In this document: in pieces, positions 51,112-62,895 of the stretch | Position numbering within the stretch: position 1 is the stretch's first letter | Layout of the letters: each line of letters opens with the position of its first letter | Assembly (NCBI GenBank): GCA_964016885.1 | Contig: OZ024743.1 | Span: forward strand, 1,860,001-1,924,000 | Origin: Eledone cirrhosa | Taxonomy: Eukaryota | Length of the DNA: 64,000 bases | Direction: 5' to 3' | Position numbers and translations under genes: made by a program | Notes under the pieces: generated by a model | What the model saw: the letters and a program-made list of their open reading frames with translations, nothing else | Database searches by the model: none | Told to the model about the DNA's origin: nothing

Positions 51112-52300
51112 GTGATCTCTTTCTCTTAATTTCGAATATATTTTTTGACCGGTCACCTTCCTGGTGGCAAGGTTGTAAAAGAAAAGAAATTGTCATCCCT
51201 TGAATCGCAAGAATGTTTTGCAAATTTTGAAGGTGCCAACTATCGCAGCCACTTGTAGACTGAATTAGGGAGCTGCGCTCTTTGTCAGCAAATCCAAGTT
51301 CAGTCATACTTTGGTCCAAGCGGGTTGGTATATAACCCGTAGCTCCAATAATGATGGGTATGAAGCTAAAGGTGTATTTTGGATACTGGATTTGTAAACT
51401 CCTCATCAATGGTCCGTAGATGTCCTCCTCCTCCTGTATTTTTCTGACAACGTTTACATCAAGTGGGCAGCTGATCTCCACAACACAACACGTTTTCAAT
51501 GGGTGGTCCCAAACAACAATATCAGGCCGGTTGTGCTTTAATTTGGTGGCAGTTTTTATTTTCAGGTTCCACCAGTATTCCTTAGTGCCATCTGTCTCGA
51601 TATATTCTTCCTCGTTTGTTGTTAATTTTGTTTTCCAAAGTGCGTTCCAGATGGTTCTAGCTATCCCATCGTGTCTCATGGGGAGGTAGTAGCGAGATGA
51701 CATTCTTTCGCAGCTGGCAACAATGTCGCTTACATCTTCAATCTTTGTTTTACATAAGCCTACGTTTATTGTCAGCTGATGTCCCTCCTCTTTTGTGCAG
51801 CAGATATTTGGTAGGGAGTTCTTGTTACTGTATTGCATAGAGATATCCCTCAAGGTGTCATGTCATAAACTTGTCGGAACTCCATGCCAGGCTTTTTGAG
51901 TGGTTTATCACCTCTATGGTCTGTGTTTTACGTCTCAAGTATACGTGCACAACTTTTTCTGTAAATTGGTCAATTTTTTCATCTTCTTTGAACAGTGAAT
52001 AGGATCTTCCGATTTCTCTGGGTGAGAGATTTATATCAGGCTTTATTCCATATCTCTCCTCCAGATCAGTGGCTATCCTAATGATATTTTTTTTTTCATG
52101 CTCATAAACCTGGGCCATAAAACTTTTCCTCTGTTGAAGATGTTGCTTCAGTGTTACTATCCGGGTGTCATATGATGTTAATATGGATTTTAGACCCCGG
52201 CCACCTTCCTTGCATGACAAGTACAGCCTATCCACATAACCAAAGTTCCCAGTAACACTGACAAGTTTTCGAGTTCTAACATCTATCTCTCTTAAGTATG
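51112..52300 (-). mobile_element. R4/Dong-clade non-LTR retrotransposon 3' fragment (RLE endonuclease)
   Basis: DRLYL..KEGGRGL, decayed CCHC knuckle, RHD, HNRPDIVVWD, VEISCP and IPIIIGATG. Ends in a (TATG/TGTG)n microsatellite. Confidence 0.88.
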
Positions 52301-52331
52301 TGATATTTACATCTCAAATGATATATATATA

Positions 52332-53183
52332 CAGGGTGTTTCCAAAAATGTGTAAAGTTTATTCCGAGTTCAATCACAGCTAACAACAGTAAGTAAGGTA
52401 CTCAATTCATAACAGAGTATAAATATTTAATATAGTAATGACTTCTACATGACTATAACTGTTTCATTCAGGAGAATTATATACGTGCGTGCGTGTGTTT
52501 TAATGACCATATACATACATCCCTCCCCTCAAACAGTCCTTCACAATGTCTGGTTCCGGTTTCTCATCATTGTCAAGTCACACGTTAGCACGTTTTGTAT
52601 TGAGAAGTGTCCATCCAATTCACAGTACTTGGATCCGATACTGTGCTGCCGCTGTGAAAGGGATTTCGAGCGGCCAACTGGACTGTCACTTCTCATAACG
52701 GTGCAATCTAGTCCCAGGCTGCCACGGTCGTCTTTCGTATTGAGAAGTATCCATCGCGGGGAGAGGGCCCGGCTCCGAAATTGGGGTGCCGCTGTGAGAA
52801 GGATTCGGTGCGGCAAACTGGCCTCTTCCTCCTCATAATGATATCACTGGTCACTTCGCATAGTTGTGCCATCCAACGCCATGCTCCAAAACTGGCTGTC
52901 GCTACATTGTCAGCTGTAAAATACTCAGCCGAAAAGAGTGTTTGGGACATAAAGGTTTTTAGATAAATATAAACACTTAGAGCGTGATTCTCGGGGAGAT
53001 TCAGCATCAAACATTCATCTATATATACCACAGACAAATTATATATATAATATACAGTTCTACTCCTGCAGAAGACATTTCTAGATTCAATATTTATACT
53101 CTGCTATGTATTGAGTACCTTACTGTGGTTACCCCAGATTGAACCTGGGACCAACTCACACACACATTTTTATATATACACCT
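52332..53183. mobile_element. Tc1/mariner-type non-autonomous DNA transposon with ~130-bp diverged TIRs
   Basis: TA|CAGGGTGTTTCC start. 52332-52463 aligns with the reverse complement of 53053-53183 (gtaaggtactcaat.cata.cagagtataaatatt). Confidence 0.75.
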
Positions 53184-53970
53184 ACCCATACACATGCACT
53201 CAGTTTGACATACGCACAGATACATTCTGATATAATGGCTGCGGTTAAAGATCGGAAGTAGGGTGTATGTCAGAAATTAGATTCTTTTATTGTTAACAAA
53301 GAACAAAGAACATGGCGGTAAATGTTGACTGACTCCAAAAGATAAAAAATAAATATTCGTTAATTTTTTTTAAAATTATATTTCAGCTTTTCTTTGTAAA
53401 TATTCATTTCCTCTCAATAATCTATATGACATATCATCACTGTTAGATACACATGTGTATTATCGGAATCAAAGAAACAACAACACGCGTAATTGTCTGT
53501 ATCTCTATAACTGTGTCTTTCTATCTAACCCCCGCCCCCTCCTCTCTCTATATATACATATATCTTTCTATCAGTATGTCTATCTTTCACCAATTCTATT
53601 TCCTTCACTTTGACTACGTAGCCCAACAGGTGGCGACAGTGTTGGTGTAGTGGTGTGTAGTGGTGTGTTGGTGGTGTGTGTTGGTGTGGTGGCGTAGTGG
53701 TGTAGTGGTGTGGTGGTGTTGTGGTGATGAAATATCAACCACGTGGAACACAAAATAGAATGAATACTACTACTAATACTACAAACAACAATAATAATTG
53801 TTTCTGCTTTGGGCAAAATGCAAACATTTTGAGAGGACGCTCTACCGATTACTGCAGGCACGTTACCCATCTAATAATAATATACTGTACATAAAAATCA
53901 CAACACCATACATAATGACTGCGCCCTCGTTATCGAGTATGGCCATTGCGAGATATAACATTATTGATAA

Positions 53971-55139
53971 CTAGCAGTTTAGCGCGGCGTTACTCGGGTT
54001 TGTTCATTTGCTATGAAAAGTTACATACAGGTAAACGTAGCTTGAAAGCGCATAATCTTATCAATTAAGTGCATAAAGCAGTTGAACCGGTTATTAATAG
54101 TTACAAACCAATTAGCATTTTGGACAATCAATGATGGCTTAATAATCTTCCAATAGCGAATTTAGTAGAACAAAGTTGCAAGATGGTGGCCCTGGTGCCG
54201 CTGCGTGTCAGATCTGTCCGCTATGGGTGACCCAACCAGTTTTCCAGACGGCATAACTCAAACATCTATAGCACTTCATAGTAGACGATATTGCGTGTCA
54301 TCCCTTGAGGAGTGTAAGCAAAAAGTCCATTCCTGCTCCATACGCGGAAACTGGCAACAAAGTTGGCCATGGGAGAAGCATGGCTCCCCCAAATGGATGA
54401 CCGCCACCAACAATGTTTGCCCTTGTGACTTGTTAATGGACTTGGAAAAAAAAAAAAAAATGGTCTCACCGGGAATTGGGATCGCCGGAAATCGAACGGG
54501 ATATCTGACGCCGAGGGGCAAAGGTTCATCCTTGGAATGAAAACATTCTCCCCTCTCCAGCACCCCGTTACAATGGTGGCCTCAATCAAGTGCAGCGTCA
54601 CTGACTTGACGACCATGCGAGTACCGTTGCACTGCTTTGGTGGACGCAAGTTCCTTATTAGCATAATGGGACAGCCTAAGCTTAAGAATAAGAGGTGGGA
54701 GCCCTGGGGGCTCAAGGGAATTTAATAACTCAACCGGATAATTAACGATATCGTCGGGGTCTGACGCCAGGTCGATAGATTTGAAGATGTCTTCTTTACC
54801 GGGAATCTTCTCAATCAGCTGCTCGTTAATAAAATTAACCATGGTATTTTTCCGAGCAAGGATGGCTCTTTCGCTGAGCTAATCGAGGTTTTTAAAGTTA
54901 GATGAGACATTAGAAAAAACTGCTTCCAAAAGGTCAGAAGGGCTGCTCACAATGTTGCACAGGGAGTCGATTGCTATTCCGCCTTTGTCATCCGCAGGGA
55001 CCTTGCCCTCACAAAGTGCTAAAATATTCTGACCAAATGCTGCAGACATGTCACCATGCAAATGAGCACGCATATTTGTGCTCAAGTACAAACTCTTCAC
55101 CTGGAGCCACAACATGGACGACTTAAGGCAGGCAGGCAC
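53971..55139 (-). mobile_element. Helitron 3' part with frameshifted PIF1 helicase
   Basis: ACLKSSMLW..LSTNMRA, LLNSLEPPGLP, PIMLIRNL..CNGTR, VFIPR, QFPVR, SINKSQGQTL, FSHGQL and NIVYYEVL*. Terminal hairpin then CTAG|T at 53971. Confidence 0.92.
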
Positions 55140-55144
55140 GCACT

Positions 55145-55633
55145 TCTGCTCTTGTCAAGGTGAACGGCTACCTCTCGGAGCCGTTCGAAATCGCGCGGTC
55201 CATCCGACAAGGGTGCCCTCTCTCCTCCCTTCTGTATGTAATGACTAGAGCCACTGCTGCAGAAGTTGGAGTTGTTAATGCCGTCGTCGGGCGGAGGTGG
55301 CGAACACATCTACTACCGCCTGACCGTCGTGCCTTGCCCAAGGGAAACGCTCTCCAAAATGGAGCGCACACTCTTCCAATTCCTTTGGAAGAAGCGGGCT
55401 CCTATGGTGAGGAGATCCATCTGCTGTCAACACCCTTCGAAAGGAGGGCTGAGATGCCGTGGCTGGTGATGCGTAAACACGCATTAAGGCTACGGCACCT
55501 CCAGGTATTCATCACCGGTCAACCGGTGTGGGCCCCGTTTGTGAGGCGAGCCTTTCCCAGACTCGTCTCGCTCACCGAGCTGCAATCCTGGGTCAAGCAA
55601 AGACCGAGAAAATCACCCAGACACCTTTGGTAA
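55145..55633 (+). pseudogene. L1/Tx1-clade LINE RT fragment with an internal deletion
   Basis: VNGYLSEPFEIARSIRQGCPLSSLLY joined to IYYRLTVVPCP..LFQFLWK..KGGL. Confidence 0.85.
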
Positions 55634-56071
55634 TGCTGTTTCGCAAAATTAATTGTGAAGAGGAATACCAATTCTTGCTCATCAGTGGATGAAGAATTAT
55701 TATCATGGACATTTCTAAGTATATTAAAAAACTGAATAGTGTGCGTATATATAACGCACATGGTATCTGAACTTAGCGTGTCTCACAAACTCCCACCACT
55801 AAAGATAGCAGCCAAGTTTGTATTTATTTTATTGATTTATTCTTAAATTGTCTATAGTTAGTATTCTTTTCACCTTAGCGAATCTCATGCCTTACTATTT
55901 GAACACATGTATATATCTGTGTTCGTTTTTCTTTTATATTCAATTATGATATATATATATATATATTTATTAAAATAACAGATTAAAGTTTAAGCAAAGA
56001 ATCGCTGCTTTCACCCTTAACGGGATCTTCTGAAACTCACATACATACGTACATACATACATACGTACATA

Positions 56072-56125
<54 letters not shown>

Positions 56126-58166
56126 TATCTGCGCATGCGCGTGTGTGTGAATGTGGCGAAGATTAACGTCATTGCTGACGTCATGGATCATAATGTCGTT
56201 ATGCAGACAGCCAGACATACAAACAGATATTATAAGGGCACGATGGAGATCGATAACTGGTGCCTAACACCTCTTTAAAAACAGAAAATTGAAAAATAAA
56301 AGCTGCAGTTAATATCTTTAGACCACAAGGAATATATAAATGCAAGTTTGAAGCCAATCAGAGTAGAAATGTGGATTTGTATAGACTTTGCAAAAATGAG
56401 GAGAGACACACACAGTTTTATATATATATATATGATATGAGTGTGCGGCGTTGTATCTATATCTTTCTAATTATGTCACTGAAAACATTGCCTTTCTTTT
56501 CACATTTTAGAAATGACACTGTTCAATTATATGACCTTATAGAAGTGTCTAGAAGAGAGAGAGAGATTAAGCATACCTTATGGTTTGGCACCACTGGGTC
56601 GGGCCTCTTTTCGTGGCAGGGTCTCCTTAGCTCCAGGGAAGTATTTCTCAAAACCATCTGGTACATTGCTGTTGCGTAGCAGAGCCCAGTCCTTCATTAG
56701 GGACAACAACGGCCGTGGTGAAGCAGTTACATATTTAGAGGTAACGTAGGAATGACGATATATCTGAAATAGAGATTTTAGGGGTTATAAAGGGCCAGGG
56801 TTAAAGGTGGGGTAGATATGATATATCTGAATATATAGAATGGTGGTGTTGGTGGTGATGTAGTGTGATGGTGGTAGTGTAGTATGGCAGTGTTATAGTG
56901 TCTGGTAGTGCTGTAGTGTGTGGTAGTGTTCTAATGTAGGTTCAGTATGTGATGGTGGGGCTTCAATGGTTAGTGTGCTGCACTCATAAACATAACATCA
57001 AACCCTAGGTCTGGCAGCACATTGCATTAATAAGCCAGTTGCTTCATTTCAAGTTTTTCGGGATAGAACTGGAGTCTATCATTACAACAACCGGGAAACC
57101 TCCTATGTGAGGACACCCTTGTCCATCTACCTATCTATATACATAGATCCACACACATAAATGTTTATGGATCTGTATTTTTGTGTATGAAAAAAATGGA
57201 AAAAATTAAAATCTCAAGTTAGGCTACTCTATAATTTAACTATTTGGTTCTCTTTGTTGGGTGTGGGTGTGTTTTATTTAGAAAGTTCAGACAGACAGCC
57301 ATACAGATACATGATATGAGGGCGACGCGTCGTATCAATGTATCTAATTATTTGTCACTTCAAAGCTTGCTTGCTTTTCTTTTAACATTAAGTGTATGCG
57401 AGAGAGAGAGAGAGAGAGAAAGAGAGAAAGAGAGAAAGCATACCTTTTGGTTTGGCACCACTGGGTCGGGCCTCTTTTCGGGGTGGGGGTCTTCTTAGTT
57501 CCAGGGAAGTATTTCTCAGTGTCCGAATTGTCCTCACATTCAGAGTGCCCATAAGCCTTGACAACCTTAGTGCTGTTAAATCGACTACATGGTTCTTTTA
57601 TTATTTCACCCATAAATGGGGCCCTAACAGGTAACACTGCTCCGGGCCAGAGCAGACCTGGGAGTTATGACAACTAAGGGGTAACTCCACATTCCCCACA
57701 GCTCATGAATTGCCGAAATGGAGCCTTGTCACTGGATGTAGTTTAATGTCATACCCAGGACAATATGTGTGTGTCATTATATATATATATATATATGATA
57801 GATAGATATACACGGGTGTGTATGATTATGTATAGAAGATTATATTAATAAAAGGAATTCCAACTTTGATTTACTCGTTTTATTTACAATCCTTTAAAAT
57901 TTATAGTATTAGAATGAAATAGTATGGTAGAATATTAAATGTTAAGTGTTAATTGAACAAGTACTTTCATGCTTTCGCAATCTTCAGGTTCATAATGTGT
58001 GGTGACAGTCAAGTTTGCAATTTTCAACTGTAATGAGATGGGTAAATTTTGCCACTGTGAAAAGTGGCTCCAGAATGCTAAATCTTGAAAACTGTATTTC
58101 GACCAATCGGTGTGTAGTTTCACTGGATTACTAAAGCTGATTGGTTTAGGCGTCACAGTTGGTTGA

Positions 58167-58234
<68 letters not shown>

Positions 58235-58989
58235 TGGTTTGACAGATTTAACCTGAAGCATACGGAAAATACAGGATAAAGAGTAAAATGTACAGATCGT
58301 TTCAATAACTATTTCATCTCCCAGACAGATTAGAGATTTAATCTGTTTCGCCCTGAGAATTGTGTTTGTAACAGATCAGGAGACTGACTATTGTGCGTAT
58401 ATAAATTAACGCACATGGCATAAATACATACATCTAATTATATGTCAGTTAAAACCTTGCCTTTCTTTTCACATTTTACAGACAGCCACAATGCTGAATT
58501 ATATGATCTTATGTCAGTGTATGGGAGAGAGAGAGAGAGGGGGGGGGGGGTGAGCAAGCCAGGGTTTAGTCCCACATTTAAGATCATAGGTAACATTTAT
58601 CATATAAGAAGCTTCAAGAAAGTCATTAAAATGCCAGTCTCTGAAAATGTGAATATTGTCCTGTGCTACTGTTTCCTTGTGGGAATGATGGGTTTCGGGT
58701 TGGTTTGAAAAGGATTGACAACAACCACACACTCACACCCACTGGTTATCGGTTTCAGGTTAGGTAAGGTGACTAATGTTGTCGTGAAGAGCAGGTGGCT
58801 GATGCAGCAATATGCTGTAGATGCCCAGGGAAAAATACAATGTTGTCACCTCAAAATGGCCGTAACAATCGAACCGTGATGTGAGCTGAAAAGTATGAGG
58901 GTTTCTATGATGCTGAGGGAGATTCAGTAAATGAAGGCCGGAGAATTGTTCTTCCACCTTCAATCTATGGTTCCCAATCGCTTCTACAC

Positions 58990-60951
58990 TGAGTGCTTTC
59001 AGAATTCGATGACTGTGGTTCGACATGGTAAAGTCGTCTTATTTCATCACGGTAACAACTAACTCTAACTGGGATGAAATAAAAAATAATTTGCACCTTA
59101 GTCAAGAACATAGAGACCGTCCTGATATTTGTGCAAGATTCTTCAACATCAAGTATGACAGCCTCATGGGTGACATACTGAAAAAGAAAATGTCCTAGGA
59201 AAAGTTGTTGCTCGTTCTGCTACAATAGAGTGGCAGAAACGAGGCCCCACTCATGCTCATATTCTGCAGATAATGGCTGAAGATAGTAAGCACAAAACTG
59301 CTGATGACATTGATCAGGTAGTGTACTGTGAGATTCCAATTCTACAGAAGATCATCCCCATCTTGCAACATTCATGGCCCATGTGGACAAGTTAATATGA
59401 TGTGCTCATGAAAGGAAGGGCTAGGACAACAATAACAATGCTCGAACAGTTATCCCAAGGCAAACCGCATTTGTTGCCAAAAGTTCCTTTTCAAAGTATA
59501 GAAGAAGGGGTAGACAGCATGGTCAATTGTGAGGTTGTCTACAGTGTCAAGGTTGTTAACTACTTAAAGTACATCACAAAAGGATCAGACAAAATCACTT
59601 TCACTATTAAGGATGATCGAGGAAATTGTGTCCATGCTCGAAATGAAATTGAGACCTATATCAATGCATGGTACATCTCAGCCAGTGAAGCATTCTGGAA
59701 AGTTGCCTTGCCATTTACCTGGGGAACAAATGGTCGTGTTTGAGCAAGGGCAGGAAGAAAGTTCTTTCTAGGGGATAGCCAATGACTAAGTTCACGGAAT
59801 ATTTTCAACTGAATATTAGAGACCCGCTGGAACAAGATATATTGTATATTGATATTCCTAAATATTTCACTTGGACAAACAAAAAATGGCAAAGAAAAAA
59901 AGGGGACATCTGGATGGTGATCAACAATTTATGAGTGAATCTCTTGGACGCATTCTCAGAAGACATCAATCTGAATTATATTACCTCAGAATGATCATAC
60001 ATCACAAGGCTGGGTAAACTTCATATAAAGATTAACTTAGTCTGTTGGTCCTCAGCTGCCACAGATCTTCTGCACCATTTAATTGCATTGCACTGCATGC
60101 CAAATGACCCTCTGCAGTTCTGGGAGAAATAGAAGAATTGTCTTGCAGAGGATATCATGCATGAACGTCATGAGCAATTCATGTCCATGCAAACAAATAA
60201 ATCAACTTCTGCCAACATTGAATCCTCAGCAACTGGTTCTTTTTCACAAAGTAATTACCTCTGTAAATGAAAATGAGGGCAGAATTTTCTGCTTGAATGC
60301 AAGTGCAGGTACAGGTCATAAGCATTCTAATGGATTACCTCCAATGTAAAAAAATAATTGCACTTGCCACTGCCATATCTGGAATAGCAGCCACTTTGCT
60401 TCACAAACGAAGAACTCTTCATTCCAAGTGCACGATTCCTCTCAATATGACTGCTGAATCAACTTGCTTCTTCACAAAGAGGGATGACACAGGTAAACTT
60501 ATGCAGCAAGCTGACCTGTTAATCATTGATGAGAGAGGTATGGGACATAAGAATATCTTTCAATGCCTGACAGGAGTTTCAAAGATGTTCGAGATTGCAA
60601 AAAGCCATTTAGTGGTATCTGGTGACTAAAACCAAATTCTTCCAGTTCTACGTCATGGTGATAGACCACAAATAGTTGAAACAACCTTCAAGGGCAGACA
60701 TTTATCTACAAACACAATTCTCACGTATGTTGCATTATCACAAAAAAGAAAATATTAAAATATTAAATGAAAGGTGTCTGTTTGCTGGCAACTGTGTCTA
60801 CAAAGAAATTCTACAGTCATGTGAAACAGCTATCACTCTTTTAGTTGAAATGCATTTCAGTTTCTTTTTAAATGATAGAAAAGGGACACTACAAAAACTT
60901 ATGTCTATATATACTAGCAGAAAAACGCCCAAAGGGCAGTTCTTCAGCTAG
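58990..60951 (+). mobile_element. Decayed autonomous-type Helitron (Rep HUH and helicase fragments)
   Basis: DRPDICARFF, EWQKRGPTHAHIL, YLKYITKGSD, YISASEAFW, ASAGTG, ATAISGIAATLL and LLIIDE. CTAG hairpin at 60914-60951. Confidence 0.9.
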
Positions 60952-61085
60952 CATATATAAATATATGTCGTCTCTCTCGGTGTATGTGTGTGTATGTGTG
61001 CATATATATATAATGATAAAATGCGAAATACTTTCAGATGTTAAAGTCCTTTATTGATAATGCTGCGATACATATTTGTATGACG

Positions 61086-61116
<31 letters not shown>

Positions 61117-61194
61117 TAACAGGGGAGAGTCATATTGTTATAAATATTGCAAGAAATAATAACAGAACACACGGTTTGGTTTGGGTTGTTTTTC

Positions 61195-61465
61195 GGTGTA
61201 GGTGTTGATGAATGGCTTGTGAGGACATTGCAAGCTTTGTACAGAGGTGCTGTCAGTAAAGTGAGGGTAGGAATGGAGTTTAGTGACAAATTCCAGATAC
61301 AAGTAGGAATACATCCTGTTTACAGAAACTTATCTATGCTGATGATAAAATCAGTAGAAGAGCTTGAGAATAAATTCTGGCTATGAAAACAGAGTTGGAA
61401 TTAAGAGGACTGAGAGTGAACATAGCTAAGACAAAATTGTTGATGAGTAGAAAAGAGGACAAAAC
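61195..61465 (+). pseudogene. RTE-clade RT fragment
   Basis: GVDEWLVRTLQALYRGAVSKVRVG, with YADD (tatgctgatgat) in a shifted frame and GLRVNIAKTK. Confidence 0.8.
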
Positions 61466-61556
61466 TCAGCGGAGAAGGAAACTATGAATAAAATGGCAAG
61501 CTGTGTGGTTGCATTTAAGTATAATGAAAAGAAAAGTTATGGGCAAAAGAGGGCAA

Positions 61557-61660
61557 TATCCATCGTCAGTTGTCTGCTAGGAATCATAGGCATTTCTTCG
61601 CGTTAGAGACAAGATGCCTCAACCTAGGGCGAACAATAACTAAAATAAGTTATTGGAATA
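61557..61660 (-). ncRNA. Putative non-circularly permuted hammerhead ribozyme, copy 1
   Basis: AGGCAU C/ UUGUCU ... GCGA A GAA AUGCCU ... AGACAA CUGACGA U. Predicted cut between 61613 and 61612. Confidence 0.75.
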
Positions 61661-62014
61661 AAAAAAGGGGGAGAGAGAAAAATGGATACACACATGAAGG
61701 GTGAAGAAACGAAAAGAGGAAAAATCAAGTCAACAACTCATTTTGAACATAAGTTCTGGTGGGTTTAACGAGAAAAAAAAATACATGTCTTCACTGTAGC
61801 AGTGTGAGTGAGAGAAGAGACTGCTTTAGAAGTGGCAGGTTAGCCGAGAGAAGGTGACTAGCAGAAGAGGGAGAAGGGGGAGAGAGAGCATAGCAACAAG
61901 GGGATAGAAGAGAGATGGGTCACAACTGAGAAGAAAACTATGTGAATAAAATGGCAAGCTGTGTGGTTGCATTGAAATATAATCAAAATAAAAGTTACGG
62001 GCAAAAGAGGGCAA

Positions 62015-62118
62015 TATCCATCGTCAGTTGTCTGCTAGGAATCATAGGCATTTCTTCGCGTTAGAGACAAGATGCCTCAACCTAGGGCGAACAATAACTA
62101 AAATAAGTTATTGGAATA
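62015..62118 (-). ncRNA. Putative non-circularly permuted hammerhead ribozyme, copy 2
   Basis: Identical to copy 1. Predicted cut between 62071 and 62070. Confidence 0.75.
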
Positions 62119-62472
62119 AAAAAAGGGGGAGAGAGAAAAATGGATACACACATGAAGGGTGAAGAAACGAAAAGAGGAAAAATCAAGTCAACAACTCATT
62201 TTGAACATAAGTTCTGGTGGGTTTAACGAGAAAAAAAAATACATGTCTTCACTGTAGCAGTGTGAGTGAGAGAAGAGACTGCTTTAGAAGTGGCAGGTTA
62301 GCCGAGAGAAGGTGACTAGCAGAAGAGGGAGAAGGGGGAGAGAGAGCATAGCAACAAGGGGATAGAAGAGAGATGGGTCACAACTGAGAAGAAAACTATG
62401 TGAATAAAATGGCAAGCTGTGTGGTTGCATTGAAATATAATCAAAATAAAAGTTACGGGCAAAAGAGGGCAA

Positions 62473-62576
62473 TATCCATCGTCAGTTGTCTGCTAGGAAT
62501 CATAGGCATTTCTTCGCGTTAGAGACAAGATGCCTCAACCTAGGCCGAACAATAACTAAAATAAGTTATTGGGATA
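62473..62576 (-). ncRNA. Putative non-circularly permuted hammerhead ribozyme, copy 3
   Basis: Same core with a perfect closing stem UAUCC/GGAUA. Predicted cut between 62529 and 62528. Confidence 0.75.
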
Positions 62577-62895
62577 AAAAAGAGGGGAGAGAGAGAGAAA
62601 AATATAAACAGACACAAAGGCTGCAGCAACAAAAAGAAAGGAAAAAAAAAAAAAATCGAGTGAACAATTGATTTCGAACACAAGTTCTGGCGGGTTTGAT
62701 AAGAAAAAAAGACACATTCACTGTAGAAGTGTGAGCAAGAGAAGAGACAGTTACGGACGAGGAAGGAAGTGAGCTAGCGGAGGAGTGAGTGAAAATAAGA
62801 GAAAGCCAGAAACATACATATATATATATATATATACATACATACAAATATATGCATATATACATACATATAAATATATACATATATACATATAT

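Larger units (their letters stand above)
61470..62810 (-). repeat. 458-bp tandem repeat (~2.9 units), each unit carrying a permuted hammerhead
   Basis: Identical sequence at 61826 and 62284. Motif cores at 61563, 62021 and 62479. Outer partial units are more diverged. Confidence 0.92.

Noticed and set aside
50891-51853. 320-aa intact gene
   Set aside because: It is a frameshifted R4/Dong endonuclease remnant that reads through into microsatellite.
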